Both the position numbers and the translations under genes were made by a program. From a virus: a stretch of 64,000 bases of DNA. The stretch is taken from IMG/VR virus record IMGVR_UViG_3300020424_000652, one strand, 5' to 3'. Shown in pieces: positions 39,712 to 49,166 of the stretch. Numbering within the stretch: the first letter of the stretch is position 1; each line of letters starts with the position of its first letter. Under the pieces are notes generated by a model. That model saw nothing but the letters and a program-made list of their open reading frames with translations, was not told the origin of the DNA and made no database searches.

Positions 39712-41169
39712 TTATGCTAGTGCTAAGGTATAGATATTAGTAAGTTCTTCCATATATTCTGTGGTCACAGAATCACCAGCACCTGATACGTTTGCCCACT
39801 GTGTACCTTCCCAAGTTTCAAGATATTTAAGTGTAGTGTTATATCTTGTTGCACCTATAGGAACGTTTGCAGGTCTATCAGCAACTGACCCTGCTGGTAT
39901 TACAAATCCACCTGTTCCACCAAATTTTACAACACCTAAATTACCTGCACCTATGGTTGAAAACACCATGTTGCCCGAACCTGTGTTTGTAATTGTGTTA
40001 ACATTAATTGCATAATTGCCAATTACAACGTTACCTGTTGCTGTTAAAACAATATCAGCATTTGTTGAAGCACTTGATATATTTGCATTATCTAAAACAA
40101 TATTATCTTGAGATACTAGTCTATTTGTAACTAATCCATCTGGTGTAAGTGTAGTATTTGTTTGGTTATTTGTAACAAAACTAAACGTGTTATTATCATT
40201 TGCTAATACGTAAGTTTGTCTGTTTTCACTCCATATTCCCCTTAACGGAGTGTATGCAGTAGAAAATAATTCAAAGAAATTTGTTGTTGAATTATACCTT
40301 ACATCTCTGTATTGACTAGGTCTTTCAGCTTCTGTACCAACCGGAACTTTCAATGACCTAACAGCGGCTAAATTTAAATTGTTACCTCCTGGTGCAATTT
40401 CTAAATCATTAGATCCCAGACTACGCATTTCACTTCCGCTTATAGCAAAATTATCATGTACAATTTGCCCTGTGCCAGATGCTCTAATAAACAAGTTATT
40501 ATTTAATGTGCTGGTTGAAATAAAATTAGTATCTATTTCAATGTCACCTATTTGTGCTTTTCCTGTGTTTATATCTTTCCAAGTTTTTGTAGCACTTCCT
40601 AAATTTAATAAATCTTCAGTTCTTCTTGGTAATAAATCTTGTGAAAAATTTACAAAATCAAAATCAATTGTATCACTAGCTTGATCACCTATATCAAAGT
40701 TGCCACCGACTAAAACGTTACCTGGAACTGTGACATTACCAGTTGCACTTACATCACCAGTTACAAGTGTGTTCTTTTTAAATTGTGTGGTTCCTGTTTG
40801 ATTAGGATTAAATGTAATATCAAATCCACCTAAACTTGAAATTTGTCTTCCATTTACTTGTAAATTATCTGTTTTTAAATTATCAATTTTAATTTTTTCA
40901 ACAGCATTTAAATTAATATCTCCAACAACTGCTTCTGCACCTGTTGTACTGAATCTTACATTTCCGCCTGTAAGTCTTGTGGCATAAACATTAGGAGATT
41001 CAATTTGTCCATTAACATTTAGTTCAGCATTAGGACTAGAAGTTCTAATTCCTACTCTGCCATTTAATGCACCAATGTATAATAGATCAGTTTCAAACGC
41101 AAGATTAGACTGCGTTCTTTTTAAATTTGCCGCTAGTAATGGTCCTGATATACGTGCTACTTGAGCCAT
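39712..41169 (-). CDS. Tail-fibre-like structural protein, paralogue of 38094-39569
   Basis: RISGPLLAANL...LAFETDLLY; PxGxxAxRP...RYNxT twice. Confidence 0.7.
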   Translation of the reverse strand: MAQVARISGPLLAANLKRTQSNLAFETDLLYIGALNGRVGIRTSSPNAELNVNGQIESPNVYATRLTGGNVRFSTTGAEAVVGDINLNAVEKIKIDNLKTDNLQVNGRQISSLGGFDITFNPNQTGTTQFKKNTLVTGDVSATGNVTVPGNVLVGGNFDIGDQASDTIDFDFVNFSQDLLPRRTEDLLNLGSATKTWKDINTGKAQIGDIEIDTNFISTSTLNNNLFIRASGTGQIVHDNFAISGSEMRSLGSNDLEIAPGGNNLNLAAVRSLKVPVGTEAERPSQYRDVRYNSTTNFFELFSTAYTPLRGIWSENRQTYVLANDNNTFSFVTNNQTNTTLTPDGLVTNRLVSQDNIVLDNANISSASTNADIVLTATGNVVIGNYAINVNTITNTGSGNMVFSTIGAGNLGVVKFGGTGGFVIPAGSVADRPANVPIGATRYNTTLKYLETWEGTQWANVSGAGDSVTTEYMEELTNIYTLALA

Positions 41170-41199
41170 GTTTACTCCTTAACTATATTTATCGGAATA

Positions 41200-41412
41200 T
41201 TATGTCCAAGGACGACCAGCTTTTAAAGTTCCTGTTGTGATTTTCTTTAATGTACTAGAATCGTTATTGCCTGGTGTATACAATGTAGGCACTAATCCTT
41301 TTTTAAGTGTAGCTCTTTTACCTGTTGCCGCACGTTTTTCTTTTGCAAGTTTTAACTTTGCTTCTTGACGTTGTCTTTTAAAAGTTAAGTGTGATATACC
41401 GTTTTGGGACAT
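41200..41412 (-). CDS. Small basic hypothetical protein
   Basis: 70 aa, K/R-rich, coupled to the upstream gene by TAATG overlap. Confidence 0.6.
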   Translation of the reverse strand: MSQNGISHLTFKRQRQEAKLKLAKEKRAATGKRATLKKGLVPTLYTPGNNDSSTLKKITTGTLKAGRPWT

Positions 41413-41915
41413 TACTTGTCAAAGTTGTGTAGAACTGTGACTGGTTTTCCTGTTGGTACTGCTGTACCAAACACCACATACCAACCTGCCGCATAACCCG
41501 TTGGGTTTTGTTCTAGAGTATAGTTTGTTGTTGGAAGTTGAAATACGTTTTCAACAAGTACGATTAAATTTTGTGCCGCCGCCGGAGCAGGGTTATAAGT
41601 GTCTCCATTGTTTAATGGACCAAATTTAGTTTCAACATCATTGCCGTTACCTAAACTTTGCATGACAATACTTGCTGGTTCAAATCTTCTAATAGGTGCC
41701 CATGATCCTGCTTGATAGTTTTCAAACACATTTGTTGTTGTGTTGTATCTCATGTGACCATTTTCAGGACTTGTAATTTTATCAGAGGTTGTTCCTTTTG
41801 GAACTAACATCATGTCTTTGCTGTCAAGGACAACTTGTCCATTGATATCTCTGCGGATATCATCTTGTCCATAAACACCACGGACGTTCGTTGATTGTCT
41901 TCTAAGAAACCTCAT
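41412..41915 (-). CDS. Virion structural protein
   Basis: VPKGTT...GHMRYNTTTNVFENY, VLVENVFQLP, GKPVTVLHNFD. Confidence 0.6.
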   Translation of the reverse strand: MRFLRRQSTNVRGVYGQDDIRRDINGQVVLDSKDMMLVPKGTTSDKITSPENGHMRYNTTTNVFENYQAGSWAPIRRFEPASIVMQSLGNGNDVETKFGPLNNGDTYNPAPAAAQNLIVLVENVFQLPTTNYTLEQNPTGYAAGWYVVFGTAVPTGKPVTVLHNFDK

Positions 41916-41916
41916 A

Positions 41917-42249
41917 TTATACCTCTAAGTAACTAACAGTTATACTCAAGTTCAAAGGTGCTTGTGATAACACAGTTACTTTGTCACCAGCCTCTAATAC
42001 AACTTTTTCAGTGTCAAGTGTAAATGTGTCTCCACCTGCTACTGGCATTTCTTTAACAACCATGTTAGTGTTGGACTTTGCCTGTCCACTCTTCACAAAG
42101 TGTAAATCAAATGATGTATCATTAGTACCGGCGGAGTTAAATCCTGCATGATTACAAACCATAATTGTTGTAATTGCATAAGAAGTACTAGCTGGTACAG
42201 TTAGTACTACTGTATCTGTGTTTCCTATTGCCGCTTGTGCTATTGCCAT
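41917..42249 (-). CDS. Small beta-sandwich virion protein (paralogue family)
   Basis: LTVPA...AITTIMVCN...EKVVLEAGDK...SYLEV. Confidence 0.6.
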   Translation of the reverse strand: MAIAQAAIGNTDTVVLTVPASTSYAITTIMVCNHAGFNSAGTNDTSFDLHFVKSGQAKSNTNMVVKEMPVAGGDTFTLDTEKVVLEAGDKVTVLSQAPLNLSITVSYLEV

Positions 42250-42258
42250 TTTCTATCC

Positions 42259-43230
42259 TTAAAAGATCATGCTTAAAAGCAATGATCTGTTTTTACTAAT
42301 TATTTCATCTCTTACATTATTACTATTTACATAATATAAGCCTGTTTTACCTACTCCTTGACTCTTTGCGTATATCTTTAAACCATCTGTTGGTTGTGCT
42401 GGATCAACAGCAGAATCATCTGGGCTAGGTGTCGTTAAAATTTGTAATTGATCGTCAATGACAACTGAACCTGTACCTGGAGCGGATAAAGTTAAATCTG
42501 CATTACTAGTGGTAGTGCTAATTCTTGAACCATCAATTCTTAAATCATGTAATTCTGATCTATTGTCATAAAAATTAACATTGTTTACTCCATCAACTGT
42601 TATTGATGCAACACTTGTAAGTCCAGTTGTTTCAAAATCTGCAACAACCATTTCTGTGAAACTTGAACTTCCATCTCTAATTTTTTGGAAGTCTGCCGCG
42701 GCAACCTGTGCCGCAATCTGTACGTCAACATATTTTTTGTTTGGAATATCATCATCGTCAGTAACCTGATTTTCATATGCGTTTGTTCCGCTTACACTGA
42801 TAACACCAGTTCCTGCATTAATAAGATACAAGTCTCCACCACCAGTTGAAATACTTCTTACTTCAAGTCCAATGTTTCCACCATTGATGTCTCTTGTTTT
42901 AAATCCACCTTGTTTAATTGTTTGTGTAACTGGATCGTTCCAACTTACAGTTTCATCAAAAACAAATTGTGTATTTGGTTTACTACCTCTGTCAATCTCA
43001 ATACCTGCTGTTGATAAACTTACACCAGCACCTTGCTCTCCAGAATTTAAAACTATGATGTTGTCTTTTAGATCTAAATTTGTTGCGTCAACTTGAGTAG
43101 TAGTACCTTTCACAACAAGGTTACCTGTCATGTAAACTTGGCCAATCTGGTTACCTGTGTCCAGGAAGATACTTCCTGCATCATTTGTCTTTATGTGATA
43201 ATCACCTGATGTTACTACATACTTTGTCAT
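42259..43230 (-). CDS. Virion structural / fibre protein
   Basis: GNLVVKGTTTQV...DNIIVLNSGE...AGIEIDRG, IPNKKYVD. Confidence 0.6.
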   Translation of the reverse strand: MTKYVVTSGDYHIKTNDAGSIFLDTGNQIGQVYMTGNLVVKGTTTQVDATNLDLKDNIIVLNSGEQGAGVSLSTAGIEIDRGSKPNTQFVFDETVSWNDPVTQTIKQGGFKTRDINGGNIGLEVRSISTGGGDLYLINAGTGVISVSGTNAYENQVTDDDDIPNKKYVDVQIAAQVAAADFQKIRDGSSSFTEMVVADFETTGLTSVASITVDGVNNVNFYDNRSELHDLRIDGSRISTTTSNADLTLSAPGTGSVVIDDQLQILTTPSPDDSAVDPAQPTDGLKIYAKSQGVGKTGLYYVNSNNVRDEIISKNRSLLLSMIF

Positions 43231-43249
43231 TTACAATTCCCTTAAAGTG

Positions 43250-43273
43250 TTGTGGGGACCAAAGCCCCCACAA
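43250..43273 (-). terminator. Hairpin downstream of the 43283-43729 gene (possible terminator or processing site)
   Basis: Inverted repeat TTGTGGGG...CCCCACAA; the U tail is weak. Confidence 0.45.
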
Positions 43274-43282
43274 ACAAACTAA

Positions 43283-43729
43283 TTACGCATTTGCGAAATC
43301 GTCGTCGTCAGTACCTGCTTTTGTATCATCGTCACCAGCTTCTTCAATTTGAGCGGCTCCGTCTGATCCAGATGCTGTAAATGTCCAAGCTAATGATGTT
43401 CCTGATAGTGCATTTGAACCTGTACCATCTGGTGCAATCACAGTAGCTTTTCTACCAGCGATTTTTGAGATCTGATAAGTTTCATTATCATCACCTTTTA
43501 CAGTAATACACATTTCTGTACCTGTAAGTGCTGATGCTAATTTACCTGTAGTTAAGAAACGATCGTACTCTGTTGAGCCACCGATTTCCTTAACACGGAA
43601 CTTTTTTGATCCTAACTGCTTAACGATGTAACCTTCAGTAACAGCTGAGCCATCATGAAAGTCTACTTTGATCTCGTTTCCACCCGCTGTAGGTGTTCCG
43701 AAAAATCTTTTATTAATTGGTCTTCCCAT
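43283..43729 (-). CDS. Hypothetical late protein downstream of the capsid gene
   Basis: 148-aa ORF with strong SD (AAGGAG) and its own late promoter at 43815-43821. Confidence 0.7.
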   Translation of the reverse strand: MGRPINKRFFGTPTAGGNEIKVDFHDGSAVTEGYIVKQLGSKKFRVKEIGGSTEYDRFLTTGKLASALTGTEMCITVKGDDNETYQISKIAGRKATVIAPDGTGSNALSGTSLAWTFTASGSDGAAQIEEAGDDDTKAGTDDDDFANA

Positions 43730-43812
43730 TTGTTTCTCCTTTGACGTTCTAGGTCTACGGGGTTATGTCCCCATAAGTCCGCCGTAAATGCGGCTCGCTT
43801 TTTATAGACACA
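43730..43812 (-). promoter_or_regulatory. Structured 5' leader of the 43283-43729 gene
   Basis: Minus-strand stems GCCG-cattta-CGGC, TTATGGGG-acataa-CCCCGTAG and GTCTA/TAGAC, immediately before the SD. Confidence 0.45.
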
Positions 43813-43850
43813 AGTATTTATCAAAGTTATGGGAATGGGTAAAGAAAGGT

Positions 43851-44064
43851 ATAGCAAAATAGGTAGGACTTGGTTACACCTACAAGCACGTACCGGAATA
43901 CCATTCTAATACGTACAACCTAACCCCGCTAGTGACTGCGATGTGAACCTGCGGATTTCTCCTACAAGCCCTGGGTACCACCCCTGGTTAGTCAAGTTCG
44001 ACCCTTCTGGTAAAGGCCTCTTCCTTGCACTATAATTAAGAGTTAATTACTCTCCTAATGCTAT
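43851..44064 (-). ncRNA. Candidate ~214-nt multi-stem non-coding RNA of unknown class
   Basis: sigma70 promoter at 44071-44099. The predicted +1 (ATAGCA, ~44064) pairs with the 3' TGCTAT (43851-43856). Several internal stems including a GAAA tetraloop; no credible ORF. Confidence 0.6.
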
Positions 44065-44070
44065 GTTTAT

Positions 44071-44099
44071 AATATAACACCGTTTTTTGAAAAAATCAA
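44071..44099 (-). promoter_or_regulatory. sigma70-type (early) promoter
   Basis: TTGATT-17 bp-TATATT with extended -10 TGn. Confidence 0.65.
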
Positions 44100-44143
44100 C
44101 CATAAAATGCAAAAAGGTTGTCCAAAATAGAAAGAATATCCAC

Positions 44144-44173
44144 AAAAAAAGATAGGCCCCGAAGGGCCTATCT
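44144..44173 (-). terminator. Rho-independent terminator of the capsid operon
   Basis: AGATAGGCCC-TTCG-GGGCCTATC followed by a T run on the minus strand. Confidence 0.92.
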
Positions 44174-44197
44174 AATATTTCGTCTTAATCCTAAGGA

Positions 44198-45364
44198 TTA
44201 AGAGAATGTTACGTTACTGATAGTTACAGTACCTAAGTAGTCTGCCGCATTACCAAGAGATGATGCTGTGTTGTTTAACTCAACATAACCATATCTTGTC
44301 ATGAAACTTACTACTGGCTCAAATGTAGACGGATCTAACACTACACCACTAGACATTAGTGGAATGTATGGGCAGTAGAATGCCGCCGCATCAGATTCGC
44401 TTGATCCTTTGTAACCAACTAGTACTGCTGTTGCATCAGTGGCATATGAATCAACATATACCTTCATCGCACCGTTCAAAGTACCAACAAATTTAGTATT
44501 TGTTGGAGCCTCAAAAGCACCTTCAGTTGTTCTTGCGAACGCTGAAGTTGTTGCAGACTGAAGTACTGTTAATGTGTGTGGTGAAACCACAGCCCAGTTA
44601 CCAGCGCCACGTCTTGTTCTTTGTGCGATTGTGTTAGCAACACGGTTGATCATCACAGCCAAAGCCGCGTGTTCATCACCAACGAATGTAGCAGTTCCTG
44701 ATACACCGTTTTGATCGTATGCTTGTTGGTTTGTAGAACCTGCTAAAGCACGTAATGATGCAAGTACTTCTTGATCAATCTCAGCAGTAATTTCTTGAGC
44801 TAATGCCGCCATAATTTCTGCTTCGATGTCAATACCTTGCTGTGCTTGAGCATCTTGAGCCGCTTCAAAAGTCCATCTAGCTGATAGCTTTCTGGTTTTT
44901 GCTTCGACTGTTTGTTTTAAGATCTGGATCGATAATCTCTTTCCAGCGTCCCCTTCTAGTCCAGCCGTAGCCGCACCTTTTGGAGTTGCATCAGTGGCAT
45001 TACCTGAGTATGCCGCCGCGATCTTGAATGGTGATAGAGCTTCTTCACCAACTTCGTTACCATCAGATGAATCTGCATAACGAACTCTTAATGTGTGGAT
45101 TTGACCCACTGGTCCTGTCATAGGTTGTACACCAACTATTTCGTTAGCTATAACCGTAGGCATAACCCTTCTGATTACTGGTAGGATAACTCTGTTAAGA
45201 GTTGCTACATTACCGGCGCTTGTAGAACCAGCTGTTGCAGTCTCATTCAACCACTTGCGTGTGTTTTCTAGAGTACTTGCCATTACAGCCTTTTTGTTAC
45301 CGTTTAGGCCTTCTAAAAGAGCAGTTTTGGTATCCTGCCAGCGACTTTCTAGTAGTTCTGACAT
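44198..45364 (-). CDS. gp23: Major capsid protein (T4 gp23 family)
   Basis: VIRRVMP...IVGVQPMTGPVGQIHTLR, VEAKTRKLSARWT.EAAQD, EITAEIDQE, TRRGAGN, FYCPYIPL, FMTRYG. Confidence 0.95.
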   Translation of the reverse strand: MSELLESRWQDTKTALLEGLNGNKKAVMASTLENTRKWLNETATAGSTSAGNVATLNRVILPVIRRVMPTVIANEIVGVQPMTGPVGQIHTLRVRYADSSDGNEVGEEALSPFKIAAAYSGNATDATPKGAATAGLEGDAGKRLSIQILKQTVEAKTRKLSARWTFEAAQDAQAQQGIDIEAEIMAALAQEITAEIDQEVLASLRALAGSTNQQAYDQNGVSGTATFVGDEHAALAVMINRVANTIAQRTRRGAGNWAVVSPHTLTVLQSATTSAFARTTEGAFEAPTNTKFVGTLNGAMKVYVDSYATDATAVLVGYKGSSESDAAAFYCPYIPLMSSGVVLDPSTFEPVVSFMTRYGYVELNNTASSLGNAADYLGTVTISNVTFS

Positions 45365-45374
45365 TGTTTTCTCC

Positions 45375-46478
45375 TTATTTCAATCCAGCAAGTTTTTGAA
45401 TACTAATGATATTGTCATTAGTTTCTTGACTTACTCTACTAACTTGTGATTCTTTATTGCCTGTAATTGCTTTTGCCTCTGACTCTGTAAGTGTAGCCTT
45501 CTTCTTGGCTGGAGTTTTCCCGTCAATAACTGCCGGTATGTACTTATCAAATGCTTTTTGTAATCCATCTGTCTGTACGTTTTCCAGTAAGTCTACCATA
45601 ATCTCACGCTGGTCCTTGCTCAAAGGTCCAGTAAGTTCGTGCATTACTTTTTCTCTCTTAGCCGCATCATTAATCTGTTTGATTTCTGCGTCTTTACTCT
45701 CGACGATTTTCTTAACTTCTTCAACTTCTGCTTTAGCTTCTGCAACTGCTTTGTCTTTAACATCTACAACTTTCATAAGTTTAGCTGTTTCTGACTTTTC
45801 GTTTAAGTAGCTATTAGCATACTCGCCTGCGAAAGTTTCGAAAATTTTGCGACCAAAATCATTTCTACGTGCTGAATCAATATCTTCTTTGAGTTGTGTA
45901 ATTTCTTTGTTAAGATTCTTACTAACTCCTTCGGATACAATTTTTGCACTTTTCTCAACAAAAGTCTTACGTACTTTTGCAAGATGTTCCTTAGCTTCTC
46001 TAACAAGTTTAACTTTAGTTTCAGCTAGGTCTTTTTTATCTTCGTGGAACTCTGCTATTTCTTTAGCTAGAGCCTCTACAACAAATTCCTCTAACTTGCC
46101 AAACTTATCTGACATAGTTTTTTGGTCTTCATGTAGTTCACCCACTTCCTTCTTCAACTGTTCAAAAACAAAACCTTTTAACAGATCTGCGTTTTCACGC
46201 ATAGCAACAGCATACTTGGCTCTTGCTTCTGCTAATTGTTTTCTATCTTCAGCAAATTCGGAAATTTCTTCGCTTAACTTTTCAGTTACCATTTTGTCGA
46301 TTGCCTCAACCATAGTAGCTTTATCGTGTTCGTACTTTTGTGCGAACTCTTCGCGAAGTTCAGCTGTGACATTCAGTTTGTTTTCAGCAATCTGTGTGTC
46401 CCATGCTTTTTGGATGTCGGCTCTGATCTCTTCAGAAATTGCGTTGTTTTCAAAGAGTGATTTCAGTGCTTCCAACAT
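45375..46478 (-). CDS. gp22: Prohead core scaffold protein (gp22-like)
   Basis: Coiled-coil and E/K-rich, FGRKIFETF; lies between the protease and MCP genes. Confidence 0.75.
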   Translation of the reverse strand: MLEALKSLFENNAISEEIRADIQKAWDTQIAENKLNVTAELREEFAQKYEHDKATMVEAIDKMVTEKLSEEISEFAEDRKQLAEARAKYAVAMRENADLLKGFVFEQLKKEVGELHEDQKTMSDKFGKLEEFVVEALAKEIAEFHEDKKDLAETKVKLVREAKEHLAKVRKTFVEKSAKIVSEGVSKNLNKEITQLKEDIDSARRNDFGRKIFETFAGEYANSYLNEKSETAKLMKVVDVKDKAVAEAKAEVEEVKKIVESKDAEIKQINDAAKREKVMHELTGPLSKDQREIMVDLLENVQTDGLQKAFDKYIPAVIDGKTPAKKKATLTESEAKAITGNKESQVSRVSQETNDNIISIQKLAGLK

Positions 46479-46493
46479 AATGTTTTCTCCTTA

Positions 46494-47129
46494 TTACTGG
46501 AGGCCTTTAATTATATTAATTAAAGATTCCTTCAAATAGTTTTGTGCCTTCGCGTCGCCTTGAACTTCACGTGCTAATCTAAGTGCCTGATACCCCCCAC
46601 GGGCATTTAATAAATGCTCGTAAATTGGTGTTGGGTAGGCACCTGGAGCACTGGGTTGAGCAACTACGTCGACTGTAATAATCTCGTAATCACTAACTTG
46701 TCCGGAACCGTCTTCTGTGACGTTTCCACTACCACGTGATGAGACACCTAGTTTAACTCCGCTTTCCAGCATTGTTTTAACTAGGTTGCCCATCGGCGTA
46801 GGTAATACTTTTAACTTACCATAACCGTTTGGACCATCCATCCACATTTCTGTGATCATATGGCTTACACGGTCTAAGTTAATGTTAAGTCCTTCTGGGT
46901 GATCAACTTCACCTAGAACACTATATCCACCGCTAATCTGGTCATTGAGAGTTTCGACAGCTCTACCAATCTCGGTAACAGGGTAAACACGTTGGTTTGC
47001 GTTACGCACACCACCTTGGATACAAATTCCTTTTAGAAAAAGGTCTTTGCCCCCTTTATCGTTTTCAGTAGTCTCGATGACCATCTTCGCTTGGTCGAAC
47101 GATAGTCTTTCAGTTAAGTTTATATTCAC
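46494..47129 (-). CDS. gp21: Prohead protease (gp21 family)
   Basis: NANQRVYP, LGEVDHP, RVSH, PTPMG, LGVSSRGSG, DVVAQPSAPGA. Confidence 0.93.
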   Translation of the reverse strand: MNINLTERLSFDQAKMVIETTENDKGGKDLFLKGICIQGGVRNANQRVYPVTEIGRAVETLNDQISGGYSVLGEVDHPEGLNINLDRVSHMITEMWMDGPNGYGKLKVLPTPMGNLVKTMLESGVKLGVSSRGSGNVTEDGSGQVSDYEIITVDVVAQPSAPGAYPTPIYEHLLNARGGYQALRLAREVQGDAKAQNYLKESLINIIKGLQ

Positions 47130-47155
47130 TTTAACTCCTTAACAGTTACGCAAAA

Positions 47156-48199
47156 TTAAGAACCGATAGTCGATTTCTTGTTATCTGCGCCTTCGCCTGA
47201 TCCTTTTTTCTCAGCACCATGGCCTTTTGAGTCTTTCGACATTGACTTACTTGCTTTTCCACCTGGAACATTCACGTTACCCATGCTGTCCTCTTTTGGT
47301 GCATCAGCTTTTCCACCAGTTTCTTCGCCACCTTTGACGATGTTACTAGCGTCTCCGCCCATATCGTTTTTACCAGCTACTGGAGACTTCTTGTTGTCTG
47401 CCGCATCATTTTTTGAAGGTTCTGCAACTTTTGTTACATACTCTCTCATTAACTCTGCACTAGACTGAACAGGTTTGTCTGCATTTTCAAATGCTGGTTG
47501 CTCAAGCTCGGCTTCCGGAGCAATTACATCAATTGCTTCGTCTTCCTTCTCTTCATCATCTCCGGCTTCCATGTCATCCATGTCATCGCCTTTGTCTTCG
47601 TCACCCATGTCGTCATCTTTTTTATCTGACATCATAGCGTCGAATTCAGCTTTAAGATCATCAAGAGCATCTTCTAAGTCAACAACTCTGTCTTCCATGT
47701 CTTTGTCGTCAGCGTCGTCTTCTTTATCTTCACCGTCATCTTCGATGTCAGCAATCATATCATCAGCGGCATCGCCACCCATGTCATCATCGCCTTCTGG
47801 TGTAATAACTTCTTCGAAGTCTTCGTTTGCTTTTTCGTCTTTAGCGTCTGAATCATCTGAAGCTTCTTCTACTTTGTCTTCATCTTTTTCTTCTGCTTTT
47901 TCTTCAACTTTGTCTTCGTCTTTTGCATCAGCTTTTTCTTCAACTTTGTCGTCTGCATCTTCTTTTGATGCTTCGTCAACTGCTTCGTCGTCAGCTTTTG
48001 CTTCTTTTTCGTCAACTTTTTCGTCTTCAGATTTTGAAGCTTCATCAACTTCTACGTCTTTAACATCGTCTTCGATTAGACCTTCATATATTGAACGAGA
48101 TTTCTCAACAACTATTTCGTGAAATAGCTCTTCAGCTCCCGCTTTGTCTTCTGCGATTAACTTTTCTAGCATCGCTTCAAATTTAGATTGATTTGCCAT
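47156..48199 (-). CDS. Highly acidic prohead core protein (gp67/68 position)
   Basis: D/E-rich low complexity with repeated VEE/VDE motifs; located upstream of the protease gene with a late promoter. Confidence 0.6.
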   Translation of the reverse strand: MANQSKFEAMLEKLIAEDKAGAEELFHEIVVEKSRSIYEGLIEDDVKDVEVDEASKSEDEKVDEKEAKADDEAVDEASKEDADDKVEEKADAKDEDKVEEKAEEKDEDKVEEASDDSDAKDEKANEDFEEVITPEGDDDMGGDAADDMIADIEDDGEDKEDDADDKDMEDRVVDLEDALDDLKAEFDAMMSDKKDDDMGDEDKGDDMDDMEAGDDEEKEDEAIDVIAPEAELEQPAFENADKPVQSSAELMREYVTKVAEPSKNDAADNKKSPVAGKNDMGGDASNIVKGGEETGGKADAPKEDSMGNVNVPGGKASKSMSKDSKGHGAEKKGSGEGADNKKSTIGS

Positions 48200-48309
48200 T
48201 GTTTTCTCCTTCTCCTGTTGGTTTAGATGGTAAGGCTGTCACTTGTATTTACTATTTTAGAGGAAAAGTGCGTAGATATGTGCCAAAAATCGCCTATTTT
48301 ACATTAAGA

Positions 48310-48903
48310 TTATAAAATTTGTAAGCGATTTTTGAAATCGTGTATAGTTATGTGTTCAAGGTTGACTAATTGCTGTAAATTATCTGGACAATAATCCTCC
48401 AAGTTCACTACTACTCGTATATATCTCTTTTGTGGATTTTTTTGAATTACTATTGCAGTTTGTCTGGCCCAATTACCATGGTATGTAGCTGGGTCTGAAG
48501 ATTTTTTGTAATTTTCTGTATCTGCATAGATGTTATTCAACAATCCGCCCGATCCCTCAAAGTCAAATCCTAGTATGTATATTGGGTCATTGTCATGTCC
48601 TTTGCCATATGTAGCCAACCACAATGCAGTAGGTCCACTGCTCCAACCCAACGATTCTTCAAAAAAGTTGAGTTTGTTCATTTTATCAAATACTTTGTTT
48701 GGATTAGTCCATACTTCATGGGTATGTTGCCACTTATGTCTATCAATCTCACTTACCATCTTTGTGTCAACTGCAACAAGATAGTCTGGTTCAAACGTTC
48801 TATAGACTGCGTTGCAGGCATATATCTTGCCATGTGGTCTAAGTTTGTTTAGGTCTAAGTGTTGTCTTGATTTGCCATTACCTATTATAAAGGCTGTGGT
48901 CAT
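48310..48903 (-). CDS. DUF115/Maf-like (glycosyltransferase-related) protein
   Basis: AFIIGNGKSR, IYACNA, PDYLVAVD, SSGPTA, IYILGFD. Confidence 0.55.
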   Translation of the reverse strand: MTTAFIIGNGKSRQHLDLNKLRPHGKIYACNAVYRTFEPDYLVAVDTKMVSEIDRHKWQHTHEVWTNPNKVFDKMNKLNFFEESLGWSSGPTALWLATYGKGHDNDPIYILGFDFEGSGGLLNNIYADTENYKKSSDPATYHGNWARQTAIVIQKNPQKRYIRVVVNLEDYCPDNLQQLVNLEHITIHDFKNRLQIL

Positions 48904-48923
48904 TTAGATTCTCCGTAAAGCGT

Positions 48924-49166
48924 TTATGCCGGTTCGGCGTTAGCCGCTAGTCCGTACATTTGACGAACAAAGTGCAATTCTTTCTCCTGCTCTTCTTTAT
49001 GTAGCTCTGATGCTTTACGAATTTTATTGATTTGGCGTAATGTTAATCTTGTTTTACGTGTATCGTCTTTTGTCACAATGGACTGGTCATAGGAAGGATC
49101 ATACCCCTTCTGTTCACCTGGCTCAAGTGTTTCTTTATCAAAATAAAATAGTTCACGTAATTGCAT
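48924..49166 (-). CDS. Small head-module hypothetical protein
   Basis: 80 aa, DTRKTRLTLRQINKIRK...VRQMYG; a TATAAATA promoter overlaps the portal stop codon. Confidence 0.65.
   Translation of the reverse strand: MQLRELFYFDKETLEPGEQKGYDPSYDQSIVTKDDTRKTRLTLRQINKIRKASELHKEEQEKELHFVRQMYGLAANAEPA

Noticed and set aside
7262-43096. Many 60-130 aa + strand ORFs opposite the giant structural genes
   Set aside because: Expected by-product of codon bias in the Gly/Thr/Ala-rich minus-strand genes.
43663-43857. 64-aa minus-strand ORF across the structured leader
   Set aside because: It overlaps the promoter, leader and start of the 148-aa gene out of frame, and has no SD.
43985-44010. GTTCGA T-loop-like motif suggesting a tRNA or tmRNA on the + strand
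   Set aside because: The T-stem does not pair fully, and there is no cloverleaf, acceptor stem, CCA end or tag reading frame.
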